A DNA stretch of 64,000 bases. It comes from Camelus dromedarius (taxonomy: Eukaryota). Positions 1 through 12,590 of this stretch are shown here, one piece after another (the first letter of the stretch is position 1; the number at the start of each line of letters is the position of its first letter). A program made the position numbers and the translations under genes. The notes under the pieces were generated by a model, which had not been told where the DNA came from, made no database searches, and saw nothing but the letters and a program-made list of their open reading frames with translations. Location of the stretch: NCBI RefSeq assembly GCF_036321535.1, contig NC_087437.1:108626001-108690000 (forward strand), in the 5' to 3' direction.

Positions 1-938
1 TTTTATTGAGTTATAGTCATTTTACAATGTTGTGTCAAATTCCAGTATAGAGCACAATTTTTTAGTTATACATGAACATACATGTATTCATTGTCACATT
101 CTTTTTCTCTGTGAGCTACCACAAGATCTTGTATATATTTCCCTGTGCTATACAGTATAATCTTGTTTATCTATTCTACATATGCCTGTCAGTATCTACA
201 AATTTTGAACTCCCAGTCCGTCCCTTCCCACCACCCCCCATCCCTGGCAACCACAAGTTTGTATTCTATGTCTATTATGTCTCTGAGTCTGTTTCTGTTT
301 TGTATTTATGTTTTTCTTTTTTAGATTCCACATATGAGCGATCTCATGTGGTATTTTTCTTTCTCTTTCTGGCTTACTTCACTTATAATGACATTCTCCA
401 GGGACATCCATGTTGCTGCAAATAGCGTTATGTTGTCTTTTTTATGACTGAATAGTATTCCATTGTATAAATATACCACTTCTTCTTCATCCAGTCATCT
501 GTTGATGGACATTTAGGCTGTTTCCATGTCTTGGCTATTGTAAATAGTGCTGCTATGAACATTGGGGTGCAGGTGTCTTTTTGAGGTAGGGTTCCTTCCT
601 CCTTCTGAGTATATACCCAGGAGCAGGATTCCTGGGTCATATGGTAAGTCTATTCCTAGTCTTTTGAGGAATCTCCATACTGTTTTCCACAGTGACTGCA
701 CCAAACTGCATTCCCACCAGCAGTGTAGGATGGTCCCCTTTTCTCCACAGCCTCTCCAGCATTTGTCATTTGTGGACTTCTGAATGATGGCCATTCTGAC
801 TGGTGTAAGGTGATACCTCATGGTATTTTTGATTTGCATTTCTCTGATAATTAGTGATATTGAGCATTTTTTCATGTGCCTATTGATCATTTGTATTTCT
901 TCCTTGGAGAACTTCTTGTTTAGGTCTTCTGCCCATTC
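1..938 (-). mobile_element. Young LINE-1 3' end (ORF2 C-terminus plus 3'UTR), 5'-truncated
   Basis: ORF 513..890(-) reads ...[46 protein letters not shown]..., and 428..640(-) reads ...[23 protein letters not shown]...; both match the L1 ORF2 C-terminal domain. The 3'UTR closely matches the plus-strand copy at 18223-18818. Confidence 0.97.
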
Positions 939-1150
939 TGGCTTTCTTTAACTTACAGTAATTTTTTGATGTTCTGACTGCCTGGTCGTTGTTACAAAAC
1001 TCCCATATATCCTGGCTCCTCCTTTACTTCTTCAGAACAGTCCCTCAGAGTGATCTGAGAGGCTGCCTCCCAGGCTTGAAGTCCTCAGAAAATCTGCCAA
1101 GTAAAACATAATTCTCAACTTTTAGGTTGTACATTTTTTTTTTAGTTGAT
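939..1150 (+). mobile_element. ERV1-type LTR, 3' portion (cut by the L1 on its left)
   Basis: Contains cagtccctcagagtgatctgagaggctgcctcccaggct...aagtaaaacataattctcaactttt...ttagttga, similar to the 3' part of the solo LTR at 42857-43352. Confidence 0.7.
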
Positions 1151-1655
1151 GTATCCATGCACCAAGCTTCAATGGCAGTATGGGGAGCTTTGGAGATTGA
1201 TGGAAGGAAAAGTCCATCCAACTTCCCACTTCCTAGCTCAGAGGTACCTGGGCCTTGCTCTCCCATGTCCCATCTTTCATCCAAGAGGTACCCTTCTCAT
1301 GTTCAGCCTACCACCCATTCCTAGATGGTAGGAGCCAGGTGGGGGAGATGCAACACCCCTTCAGGTTTACCTGGAACACAACCAATGTACACTGGTCCAT
1401 CTCACAGGTACCAAAGCTGGTGGGCCAGGTACCTTCCCCACTAATTTCTTGATAGCTTTGAGCACCATTGCTGTAGAATCCAGTAGCATTTTATACACTG
1501 GCAAGGATCCTAACTGGTCCACTGGCAGATATAAGAGGCCCCCAGAGGTCAATTATCTTAAGCCCACTTGGGACCCCCCCAGGTTCCAAAAAGACCCAAT
1601 CTCTGGCCTAAAGCTTCTGGCATTGTACCCTGAGGGATGTGTAAGTATTTAGGAA
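1151..1655 (+). mobile_element. Probable old LTR (ERVL-like), family unassigned
   Basis: Starts with TG, is relatively GC-rich, has a TATA-like GATATAAGA near 1528 and a donor-like TGTAAGT near 1640, and carries four AGGTACC motifs. Confidence 0.35.
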
Positions 1656-2994
1656 AAAGTGAAAAGTTGCAAAAATTTTATTCTGTGCTGGGAGTTAGCT
1701 AACAAAATATTTGGACTTATATTTTAGCTCAGTGATATATCAAAGTTCCCCTGGTGTCTTCCCCACAATGAAGGTCAAGATCTACTAGAACTTTTGACAA
1801 AGCAGAACAAAGCCAAGGTTTGGTCCTGAACAGCACCATATATGGGCACTAGGACACCCATATTTGGACTCCATTGTCTTTTCTATTCCACGTGGAAATT
1901 TCCTAGCGTATTATTAAAGTCAGGTTGCGGGTTCCCTTGGAGATGACACAAAATAATTGTAGATATTTTTTAATCCCTTCCTAATTTAAATATTTCCCAT
2001 CGGAGCAGATCCTCATTCTCTCCCACTTGGTCATAATGATTCAAACAAGAGACCAAGTGAACTGAAAATTTCCCCACAAAATCCACAAAGTGAAGCCTCT
2101 CTTGTCCTATGTGGAAAAAGCCTGTACTTGCTAAAATTATCCTGCTCAAGTTTTAGCTGCCCAGTTCCAAGGACAAAAATTCAAAGCTTTATAGCTGTAA
2201 AGATTTCCGATTCTGAATCATTTCTAAATAGGCTTCCTGTGTGAGCAACGGTTTTCACTGAATGAATTGCGAACAAGGGTCACATTGGGACTGAACATGC
2301 TCTGACTTTGTGCTGATGGGTTGAACCATGATTAAATGTGGATGAATCAAAGTCCCAGGCAGCACTGTGGGCATCCTGGGGCAGGACTTCTAACGCAAGA
2401 GAAACTACTCTCTGCGCACTGAATTTAACTTTACAGGACACCATAAATGAGTGGTTTTATTGGCCATGCCTCAGCAAGGCTTTCTATTGTTGAAGAAGGC
2501 TTGTCTGCTCACAAAGGATTCTGCGGGAGGCAGAGTTTGGGGACGGCTCCGCCACTCTTGTGCATTTCACAAACCCTCCCCTATATGCTATTTCTCAGTG
2601 GGCCACTGGGCCACAGCTGGTAGGAAAAAAAACCCTTTGGGACTTTCCCTCTTCCTACATCCCATGGTCACCTAAGTCTTCTTAAGAGCCTTATTCCCTT
2701 CCCTTCAGGCTCTTCTTCGTGAGCTTTCCTCACCTGGTCAGTTTTACCTGTTTCCAGGTGAAGGGAAGAGGAAGGGGAATGAGGTTTCCCAATGACAAGA
2801 CACTGAGGTCTGCAAAACACTGAGATCTTTCCAAACACTCTTCCTGGGATATCCCCTGAGTATAATTATTCTCTATCTGTCTCTTCCTCCACTTGGAGTC
2901 AGTGTCAGTGACCACCTCTCCTCTCTTACCTTCTCCATGATGCAAGATGGAGAAAGATTTAAAAAAAAAAAGATCCACACCCTACTCACTAAAA

Positions 2995-3165
2995 TTTAAA
3001 GAACACTTACTACATGCCAGGCCCGGTGATAAGTGCTTTAGAAGAAAGTCAGCTCATTCTCACAAATAACCCTGTTATTCCCATTTTATAGATGGGACAC
3101 TGAGACACAGCGGCCACTCAGCTGGCATGTGGCAAGCCAAGACTCACATCCTGATCTGTGGTCAC
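2995..3165 (-). mobile_element. MIR SINE
   Basis: MIR core in reverse orientation: ttattcccattttatagatgggacactgagacacag. Confidence 0.8.
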
Positions 3166-3302
3166 CACCACTGTGCTGTGTGAACAAGAAACATCACAGG
3201 CAAGTGCTGTGCTACCATACTGGAGCTTCCATTGCTGGAGTTACTATGTGGGGATAGATGGGTTGGAATTATGAAGTCAGATGTTTTCTCATTTGTCTCA
3301 GG

Positions 3303-3510
3303 CAGATATTCTCAATCGGAGGTGAGTTGCACCCCCCAGGGGATATTTGGCAATGTCTGGAGATACTTTTGGCTATCACAGCTGGGGACGACTACCAGCA
3401 TCTAGGGAACAGAGGCCAGAGACACTGCCAATTATCCTGAGATGCCCAAGAGAGTCTCCCCATGATTACCCAGCCTAGTATGTCAACAGAGCTGAGCTCC
3501 AGGCACCAGC
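3303..3510 (+). mobile_element. MER20-like hAT-Charlie MITE
   Basis: ccccccaggggatatttggcaatgtctggagatacttttgg matches the recalled MER20 consensus. Confidence 0.85.
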
Positions 3511-4614
3511 TCTAGGGGTTCCATCTGGTTGGCACATCTCTCACTGCCCACTCCATTCTTTACGGTGGGTTTTTATTTTCTATGTTCATTTTAGTATTCC
3601 TATGTGAATAATTCACTGCAAGGCACCCCAAGTCCTTTTAGGGAGCAGAGAGGATGTGAATAAAAGACAAACAGATTTTCAAAGACTCTCCTGAGAGGAC
3701 AGCACCCTGCTTGGAACAAAATGCTCTCTGGGCACTATTTAGGGAACAGTGTACCCAGCAAACCAACTGTCACTTCCGCACCCATCACTTACAGGACTGA
3801 TGCTTCTGGGAATCTTGTCCCAGGAAAGGGGGGGTGGGGGAGTGGTTGCCCTAGAACATGCTGTTGCAGTGAGAAACTTTGAAAGGGGGAAAGAAAACCC
3901 TGTAACCTGATGCCAGTCTTAAATACTCTCTGCTAACCATAAATCAAGAGAAAGTGAAATAATTTCCATCACACTCAAACAGTGTATTCTCTGGGGTTTG
4001 CAAGAACAGAAAAGACAATATGGAGCAAATGCATTGCTCTGTGATTCTGAAATCAAAGCCCAGTTAGTCAGGAGACAAATCCAAAAGACTTCAGTAGCAA
4101 AACATATATTCCAATCATGTCTATATTAAGCAAGCCCTAAATGTCAAAAGAGAATAGCTCATAAGTCAACTTCAGTCCAGAACATCTTTGTTTACATTAC
4201 GGGATTTACAGGTAAACTTTGAAAACACTGTATCAACTGAAGAAAATATTTTAATTGGCCTTTGAATATTCTTATGGGGCAAATTCAGCTTGTTTAAAAT
4301 GGTGCCTGGCTGGTCTCTGGTTATGACAGCTCATTACACTGTCTTAATGCCGTAAGAATTATTAATCGTTATGTCAGTTTTTTAAAAACTTACTCCAGAT
4401 TGTATCCAATTCTGGGTAGAGGTTATTTATACCTTAGAATGTTCTTAACTGCTCCATGTCAAAGGAACGATCTGGAACGAATTATAATTATGATCTCATT
4501 TAATATCTTTTTAAATTCTAATGTTTTGGGAAATTTTTGTTCAAATAATTTTTTGAGCCTGAGATGTCCTTTAATCCCCTTCCCTGTCTCCCCAAATCAT
4601 CCTTATCATTCAAT

Positions 4615-4895
4615 ACCTAACTCAGATACCACTTTCCTCCATGAAACTGTTCCTAATTCTTCATCACCATTAACTAAATGCTGCTCTTTTCTTCCAAGAC
4701 GTTGCTTCTATCTTCACTGAGGATTTATAATGATCACCTTGCTTTATGTGATAGTTATTTGTCTGTGTCTGTCTTCCTGAGTTAAGATGCCTTCAGTGGA
4801 ACAGATAGCATCTTATACATTTTGCTTCCCAGGAAACTGACAGGGTTCCTGGAATTGGTAAGCACCCGACAAAGACTGATTCAGTTACATGAAAT
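4615..4895 (+). mobile_element. LINE-2 3' end
   Basis: Degenerate L2 3' motifs: ttcctccatgaaact...tatttgtctgtgtctgtcttcct...cagggttcctgg...catgaa. Confidence 0.6.
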
Positions 4896-5409
4896 CGTAC
4901 AGGTTTGATCAGATAGAAATTGTTTTTCCACTTGTTTTCTTGGTTTGTTTGAAGGGGTTTGCTCATTTCAATAATTATGAAACCCAAACCTCAATCAGTT
5001 AGAACAAATAGTTCCAGGGCCTTCTCTCCTCTAGTCTAAATTCTGAGTTCCAGTTAAGTGCCAGGAGATAAGCAAAACATTTTCTGATGTGTGTGCTGTC
5101 TTGAATTGGGATCACACCAGATAAAACAGTCCAAGTGGGTGAATAATGCACTGGATATTTGGCCTGATTTTAGGTGCTTGCGGGCAAGCTAGCTAATAAT
5201 TAATTAAGGTAGACTCTTCCATAAATGCTGTGTTTCAAACTCCCCCACTTGTTCCCTTAGTCAGTAACTCCCTCATTTATCATCTACAAGTGACGTTTGA
5301 AACCCTGGTGCACACTAGGCATCTTTAGCAACCAGGAATACAGAGCTCAATAAGGACACAGAACTGATCTCCTATAAAGAAACATAGGAACATATTAATA
5401 GATTCTAAC

Positions 5410-5673
5410 ATTTTTTACTGAAGTATAGTCAGTTACAACGTGTCAGTTTCTGGTGTACAGCATAATATCCCAGTCATGCATACATATATTCATTTTCATA
5501 TTCTTTTTCATTAAAGATTATTACAAGATATTGAATTTGGTTCCCTGTGCTATACAGAAGAAATTTGTTTTTGCAGATGTAGTAAACAATCTTATGGTTT
5601 CAGGGGAAAGAGAGTAGGAAGGAATAAATTTGGAAGTTTGAGATTTATAGGTGTTAGCCACTGGATATAAAAT
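5410..5673 (-). mobile_element. Short 5'-inverted L1 3'UTR insertion
   Basis: PolyT and antisense 3'UTR at 5411-5572, then the upstream UTR segment in sense at 5573-5673. TSD tagattctaac at 5399-5409 and 5674-5684. Confidence 0.9.
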
Positions 5674-6224
5674 TAGATTCTAACTTTTAATCTAACTTTA
5701 AAAATCTAAAACATTGTTTTAATAAAATAGTCACCGAGAATATGCCCTGGGTGGGAAAGAAGAGTTTGTTTTTCAGCAAAGATAGGGACTATTCTCGTAA
5801 CTGCATATCAAATACCTACAGTGTGCAATTGAGATCATGTAAATAATTCAGACTAAGGTCACCAGCCATGTGTAGTAAGAGTAATTGCAAAGAGGAATCC
5901 AGAGACAGGGACCATCTCTGGGAAATCCCACTGCGATGCTGTCCTGGGTTGTGCACCAGCCTCTCCACCGCGACTCCCTGAAAGCCGAGGCCTCACCAGT
6001 CTGGTTTGATGTTGTTTTCCTATGACCAGAAACCTGATGTCCTAGAGCAGGAAAACTACCAGGCTGTAATTTGTGGCTGGGATTCTGCTTACAAATATCG
6101 AGGCTGGTACAAATCTTTCAGATGCTATGAGATTTATTTTTGTAGAAAAAGAAATCAGAGCAGATTCCCAAGTGTTCCTTATCATTTGCATTCTTTTCCT
6201 TTATTTTACTACATTTTACTACAT

Positions 6225-6225
6225 T

Positions 6226-6272
<47 letters not shown>

Positions 6273-6775
6273 TTCATTAATTCATTTAATATTTATGTTT
6301 TTTATTGAAGTAGAGTTGATGTAAAACATTATTTAAGTTATAGGTGTACAACATAATGATTCATAATTTTTAAAGGTTATATGCCATTTATAGTTATTAC
6401 AAAACATTGGCTACGTTCCCTGTGTTGTATAACAAATCTTTGTAGTTTTTTTTATACATAATAGTTTGTACCTCTTAATTGCCTCCCTCTTTTCCTCTAG
6501 TTTGTTCTTTATATCTGTGAGTCACCTTGTTTGTTATATTCACTAATTTGTTGCTTTTTTTAGATTCCACATGTAAGTGAAATCATACAGTATTTGTCTT
6601 TCTCTGTCTTATTTCACTTAACATAATACCCTCCAAGTCCATCCATGTTGTTGCAAATGGCAAATTTTCATTCTTTTTCATAGCTGTGTAGTATTCCATT
6701 GTATATATGTGTCTATATATATGCATACACACACACACACACACACACACACCCCACATCTTTTTTATTCATTTG
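6225..6775 (-). mobile_element. L1 3'UTR fragment with (TTTA)n tail and internal (CA)n
   Basis: (TTTA)n at about 6225-6275, then ttattgaagtagagttgat...tagattccacatgtaagtgaaatcatacagtatttgtc; (CA)n at about 6726-6751. Confidence 0.9.
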
Positions 6776-7045
6776 CATTTGTAATCCTTGAACTCTGGCT
6801 TAAGCCAGGGGCTCACCTGCCACAGCAGTGTGCAGCTGCACCAGCCCACCTCACAGCAGAAGCAGAGTGAGATGCAATTCAAAGAACAGTTGCTCCATTA
6901 CATCCAAGGCTACTGTGTATAATCCTATTCTGGGAGAAACTCACACAAGTGTGGGCAGTGTAGGGGAAGGACTATGATTATTCTATTTACTGTTGAACAT
7001 GTTTTTCACTAAAATTTGTTTCTTTGGTTTTCTGTAAGCATTTCA

Positions 7046-7590
7046 TGTATCTGACAGGATGCTTTTGATGTAAGTCATAGAAGATCCAACTGGAAGTAGC
7101 TCAAACAATAAGAAACCTTGAGATAGGGCAATGCAGGGTACTTTAACTGAGTGGAGAAACAATATTATCAAAGACTTCGGTATTCTCTATATTTCAGTTT
7201 CATCATCCTCAGTACATCATGTGACTCCCCTTATAGTCAAAATATGGCTGCAGCAGCATCAGATGACAGCTCTAAACATAGCAATATGTAGTGAGAGGTG
7301 GGTAGTTTCCTCCTATGCCTTAAATATTTTAGCAAGGAAATTTCCAGAAGCTCCCCCAATTGACTTCTTGTCGGGTCCTATTGGCTAGATTTAGTCACAT
7401 GCCCATTCCCTAAATCAGTACCTGGGGAGGGAATGAATCCATTATGATTGCTTTAAACCAGTCATAATTCACTCCCTGGGGTCCACAAGAGCCTGTTGTC
7501 TATCCTGCACTCATGGGGAGGGGACACCAGGACAAAATAAAGCCTCAAGGAAAAGGGGATGGGACAACTTAGGGCAAGCAAACAACAGTC
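7046..7590 (-). mobile_element. MaLR LTR (MLT1J/K-like)
   Basis: caggatgcttttgatgtaagtcatagaag...attggctagatttagtcacatgcccattccctaaatcagt are typical old MLT1 motifs. Confidence 0.7.
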
Positions 7591-7894
7591 ACAACAGAAT
7601 TAAAGAACATATTTGTTCGGGGAAGGAAACTGGTCACAGATAAAGGATTTTGCTCTTAGAGTATAAACCCGTCTTGACCTCCAGATCATGAAATCAAATA
7701 GTGTTTGATTTCAAAGAGATTTTCCAAATCTTAGCTAGTGAATTCATTTATTTACTCACCAAAGTTAATGAGGCTCTTAAACCTATAAAACACCATTAAA
7801 ATTCCAAAGCAAATTTTCAAATTCTAAATAGTAGCTTTACTTCTGGACAAGACCTCTAAAATCCCATGAGAATCTTTATTTTTAAAAAAGAAAG

Positions 7895-8255
7895 GTTATA
7901 CAGAGAACAGATAAGTGGTTGCCAGAGGTCAGGGTGGTGGGGTGGATGAAATGGGTGAAGGTGGTCAGAAGGTAAAAACTTCCAGTTACAGTAATAAATA
8001 AATCCTGTGGATGTAACATACAGCAGGGAGACTATATTTAATAATATTGTATTGTATATTTAAAAGTTGCTAAAAGAGTAGATCTTAAAAAGTTCTCACT
8101 ATAAGAAAAAAAATTTTTAGCTACGTGTGGTGATGGACTAGACTTATTGTGGTGATCATTTCACAAATTATTCAAATATTAAATTTTATGTTGTACACCT
8201 GAAACTAATAGACATCATATCTTAATTATATCTCAATAAAAAAATAAGTAAAATA
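7895..8255 (+). mobile_element. L1 3'UTR fragment
   Basis: gtggttgccagagg...gttgctaaaagagtagatcttaaaaagttctcac...gttgtacacctgaaactaat...tctcaataaaaaaa. Confidence 0.9.
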
Positions 8256-8299
8256 GATTTTAAGGTTTGAAAATGATTTCAATAGTACAAAAGAACTGT

Positions 8300-8690
8300 C
8301 CTAAATTGATAGGTTTCCCATAATTTCCTTGAGTATGAAATTTTATTTTTTTAACCAAAGTGACAATTAAGTGCTTTACAGACAGATATAGAAAGTTACA
8401 TAATTATGAAAAAAAACAAAATAATATACTTTAGAGAAGGCTGTTTTCTTAAGTAATCAGACATGAAGCATATGAAATTATTTTGATAAAACGTAGTCTT
8501 TTTTGTTCTAGGCAGATTACTTAAAACATAAAAATCTTTCCATCTTATCAATAACAGACCAAATAGTCCAAGAAAATTTTGTCCTGAAGCAGAAAAAAAT
8601 TAAATTTTAGTTTTATCTAAGTACACTACTGATATTAAAGCTTGTTTTTAAACCCTCATAATAAGTTCACTGAATATCAAATTTTCAAAA
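8300..8690. mobile_element. Possible ERV1 internal (MER4/MER34-group) AT-rich fragment
   Basis: Motifs such as ctaggcagattactt, agaccaaatagtccaagaaaattttgtc and gatattaaagcttgttttt resemble recalled ERV1-int sequence. Confidence 0.35.
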
Positions 8691-8754
8691 GGCAGAACAG
8701 ACTTTACCTGAAATCTGCAAAACAAATGCAAAATGTGGTAAATACAGTTCATCT

Positions 8755-9015
8755 CTTTTGACAGACTTGTCTCAGTACTTCCCCTGTTTTTCACCTTCAG
8801 CTTTTTCCCTCTCCTCCTCAATACTGTCTCATATCTCTGACTCTTTTCTTCTCCTCATCTCTCATCTTTACCCACACCGCACCATTTTTCATGATGATTT
8901 TGCACCATTTTCTCTCCTCTCAGGCCCTCTCCTATCTCCTCATCTGCCTCTGTCTTTTCCTTTTTCCCTCTCCATTCCTTTTCCATCTTCACTTTCCTTT
9001 AACTCGTTTTCCTAC
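8755..9015. repeat. CT-rich low-complexity tract
   Basis: Strongly pyrimidine-biased plus strand over about 260 bp. Confidence 0.7.
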
Positions 9016-9224
9016 TGCAAGTGATGCCAATGCAATGGCCTTCAATGTGAAAAGTCCTTTACTACCTAAAAAAGCATGTTTCACATACATTATCTCATTT
9101 AATGCGTCTCCTATGTCACCTATGTTATGGCTGGTCACGTAGTAGGTATTTAATAAAAATTAACTTAATTGAAAAAGTCTTTTCACCTTAGCCTATGAGT
9201 GCCTATAATGCCTCTGCTATATTC

Positions 9225-9715
9225 ACATCTATAAAATATCTATTGTGACATAGCAGACCATGCCAAAACCTATTGGCTCAAAACAATATGAATTTATTCT
9301 CATAATGCTATAGATTGACTAAGTGCTTCTTCTGCTTGTCTGACCTGGACTCACATGGGACTACACTGAGCTGGTGACTGGGCTGAGCTGCAGAATCCAA
9401 GATGGCACCACCCAGGTGTCTGGGCTTTAGCGAAGATGGATGGAAGGCTGGAAAATCTTCTCTCCATCTGGTCTCTCATAATTCAGTAGTCTATCTAGAG
9501 CCCCTTTGCATGTGACTTATTTCCAAGAGGGCAAAAAAGGAGGCTGCAACGGCTCTTAAAGCCTTAGACTAGAAATCACACATCATGACTTTCACTGTTC
9601 TGTGGAACAGGCTCGTCCTCACACAAAGAAGAGAGAGTAGACTCTACCTCTTGATGGAAAAGGGCATGTAGGATGAGGTAGATTGTTGGAGCCATTTTTT
9701 AAAATAATCCCCCTC
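9225..9715 (-). mobile_element. MaLR LTR (MLT1F/G/H-like)
   Basis: ccaaaacctattggctcaaaacaa...tccaagatggcacc...agactctacctcttgatggaa...gagccatttttt. Confidence 0.75.
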
Positions 9716-9929
9716 AGGTAGTGGTGTGATAAGTGAGTCTTCAAATTTTCTATTTATAGATCAGCCATCCTTCAGAAACAGCAAGTTCAAAATCTTCACG
9801 TTGTCTAGATGTAAGAATAATTAGTAAAATAAAAGAGAGTGTCTCAGAACAGGCACAAATACATAGCAAATTTAATACATTAAAAAGTTAGGAACTCAAA
9901 TGAGTGGGAATAAAGAACTTTTCTGAATG

Positions 9930-10930
9930 AAATTTTTATTGAGATAATTATAAATTCACATGCATTTATAAAAAATAATACAGAGACATCCTTTGTACAC
10001 TGTGCATTTTCTCTCAACAACATTTTGCAAAATACACAATTTTGACACCATGAGAATCTCTCGTGTTGTCATCATGTGACCACATACACCTCCTTTACCC
10101 CACCCTCTACCTCACATCCCCAGCCTTTGGCAACCACTAGCCTGTCCTCCATTTCTAAAATATTGTCATTTCAAAATATTATGCAGACATACTTCGTTTC
10201 ATGCACCTCACTGTACTTCACTTTGCAGATGCTATGTTTTTCATAAATTGAAGGTGGTGGCAACTCTGTGCCAAGCAAGTCTACCAGAACCATTTTTCCA
10301 ACAATGTCTGATCACTTCATGTCTCTGTGTCACATTCATTTTGGTAATTCACACAATATTTCAAACTTTTTTGTTATTATTGTATTTCTTAAGGTGATCT
10401 GCAATCAGTGATCTTTGATGTTACTACCATGACTCACTGAAGGTACAGATGGTAGTTTGCATTTTTTAGCAATAAAATATTTTTAATTAAGGTATGTACA
10501 TTGTTTTGTCAGATATAATGCTACTGTACACTTAACAGTCTACAGTATATTGCAAACGTAATTTTATATGCACTGGGAAAGCAAAACATTTGTGTGACAC
10601 ACTTTATTGTGATATTTACTTTATTGCCGTGGTCCAGAACCAAACCCACAATATCTCTGAGGCATCCTTGTGTAAGTGGAATTATACAGTTATGCAACTT
10701 TTGAGGACTGGCTTTTTTCACTCAGCATAATTCCCTGGAGATTTGTCCAAGTCATTATGTCTATCAATAGTCTGTTCCTTTTTGTTGCTGGGTAGTATTC
10801 CTCCATATGTGTGTCCATAGTTTGTTTAGTCATTCACCTGTTGAAGGACAAATGGACAGATTCCAGTTTTAGGTTATTACAAATAACACTTCTATAAACA
10901 CTTATGTACAGGTTTTCAAATGAATATAAG
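9930..10930 (-). mobile_element. Old L1M (L1MB/MC-type) 3' region, interrupted by a Tigger1 derivative
   Basis: ttttattgagataatt...ggcaaccactag...ggactggcttttttcactcagcataatt...cattcacctgttgaaggaca. Confidence 0.8.
10184..10670 (+). mobile_element. Internally deleted Tigger1 (Tigger1a_Art-like) DNA transposon
   Basis: Tigger1 5' end (cagacatacttcgttt...aaattgaagg) fused to its 3' end (gactcactgaagg...caatatctctgaggcatccttg), about 490 bp. Confidence 0.9.
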
Positions 10931-11844
10931 GGGCCCTTGGGCAGATAGAGAACAGGAGGAACCTCAGGACTGATAAGAGATCACACATTTTGGGGTGACA
11001 AGTGTCCTAGAGGTAGGCAAAGAAAGGTGGGAAAGGGCAGGAATCTCCAGTGTCCAAATGTACCCTTTGCTCATTATGGCTTCGTTACAATAAAATTAGC
11101 CTTGCAGATTAGGAGTACCCTTCACGTGCCAACACCAGAACACTTTCAATCCAGACTAAATAAGGACAAAAATCTCTCCTCCCCTCGGGAAGGTGGAGCT
11201 GGGATGAAAATCAGGGAATATGACCCCAAATCCTTCCCTCCCCAATGGATAATCCACCCATTCGGTTTTTTTCAATGCAGAATTTAGTGTCTAAACTACC
11301 GAGGACATTTTTTGCAGAACAAGTACAAATAATCCTAAAATTTATATGGAACCACAAAAGACACTGAATTGCCAAAGCAATACTGGATAAAAAGAAGGAA
11401 GCTGGAGGAATAACCCTCCCAAACTTCAGAAAATCCTACAGAGCTACAGTAATCAAAACAGTGTGGTTCTGGTACAAAGACAAATATACGAATCAATGGA
11501 ACAGAATAGAGAACCCAGAAATAAACCCACAGACTTTTGGTCAATTAATCTTTGACAAGAGAGGCAAGAATATACAATGGAGAAAAGACAGTCTCTTCAG
11601 CAAGTGGTATTGGGAAAACCGGACAGCTGCATATAAGTCAATGAAGTTAGAACACTCATTCATTTTCACACCCTATATAACCAACTTGCCGAAGAAACTC
11701 AATGCAGCTGCTCACCTGAGCCTGCCCACTCTCCTCCTGAGTGTACTATCTACTGCTTAATAAATTCTCTCTTTACTTTCTTGACCTCCATGTCTCGTCT
11801 CTGAATTCTTCCCATGGTAAGACAAGACCTAATAGCTGGCAACA
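10930..11844 (+). mobile_element. ERV LTR (5'-truncated), interrupted by an L1 ORF2 fragment
   Basis: TATA box (ctatataa, about 11673), polyA signal (aataaa, about 11759), a U5-like ctgaattctt...gacaagacc segment and terminal ...ggcaACA at 11844. Confidence 0.75.
11264..11657 (+). mobile_element. Internal L1 ORF2 fragment with no 3'UTR or polyA
   Basis: ORF 11461..11760 reads WFWYKDKYTNQWNRIENPEINPQTFGQLIFDKRGKNIQWRKDSLFSKWYWEN...SMKLEHS, which is L1 ORF2. Confidence 0.93.
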
Positions 11845-11909
11845 CCAGGGCACAGATCGGTATGGATAATTCTAAAGAGTGGATCAGGAGAAATAAAGGG
11901 AGACTATGC

Positions 11910-12590
11910 AGCATAGCAAGATGTGGGGAATTATGCCCCCTTCTCATTATTACTGATAAGAGCACAGAATGGCACAACCCCTAAAAGAGAGCAATTATCA
12001 AAATGCAACTAACTGCAGTAGACTACACTTTGACCCCGAAATCCCACTTGCGGGAATTTACCTTAAAGTTATACCTCCACTCACAGGAAATGTTGCATGT
12101 TCAAGATTATTTATTTTAGCATCATACTTAATGTAAAAAAATTAACAACAATCCCATGTATAAGGGAATGGTAAAATGACCTACAGTGCAACCACACAAT
12201 GGTACACTGTGCAGCTGTCATAAAGAGTGAGGAAGACCTCTAAGTATTGACATGGAAAGATTTCCAAGATATGCTAAACAGAAGGTAAGGTCCAAATCAG
12301 CATAAAAGATGCTAATTTATCATTAAACAGGGAGAAAAATAAGAATCTCTATGTCTAAATAAAAACAATAGAAGGACATACAAAAATGTAATAAAATGTT
12401 ACCCTCAGGATGGACAGGAACATGAGTGTGAACAAGACTTCTTAATACGTTTTTACGTTTCCACTGATTTTTTTAAAATTGGTATCTATTCTTATTGATT
12501 TTAATTTTTATATTTTGTTCATTTATTTTTTTCTGATACGTTTTATCAGTTTGATATTTTGAACCATGTAAAAGTATTATCTATAAAAGT
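11910..12590 (+). mobile_element. Old L1ME-type 3' fragment
   Basis: ctttgaccccgaaatcccacttgcgggaatttacc...catggaaagatttccaagatat...ttttgaaccatgtaa. Confidence 0.7.

Noticed and set aside
513..890. Protein-like ORFs (also 11461, 16886, 21259, 38604, 49680 and 59705)
   Set aside because: All are truncated or frameshifted LINE-1 ORF2 remnants, not host genes.
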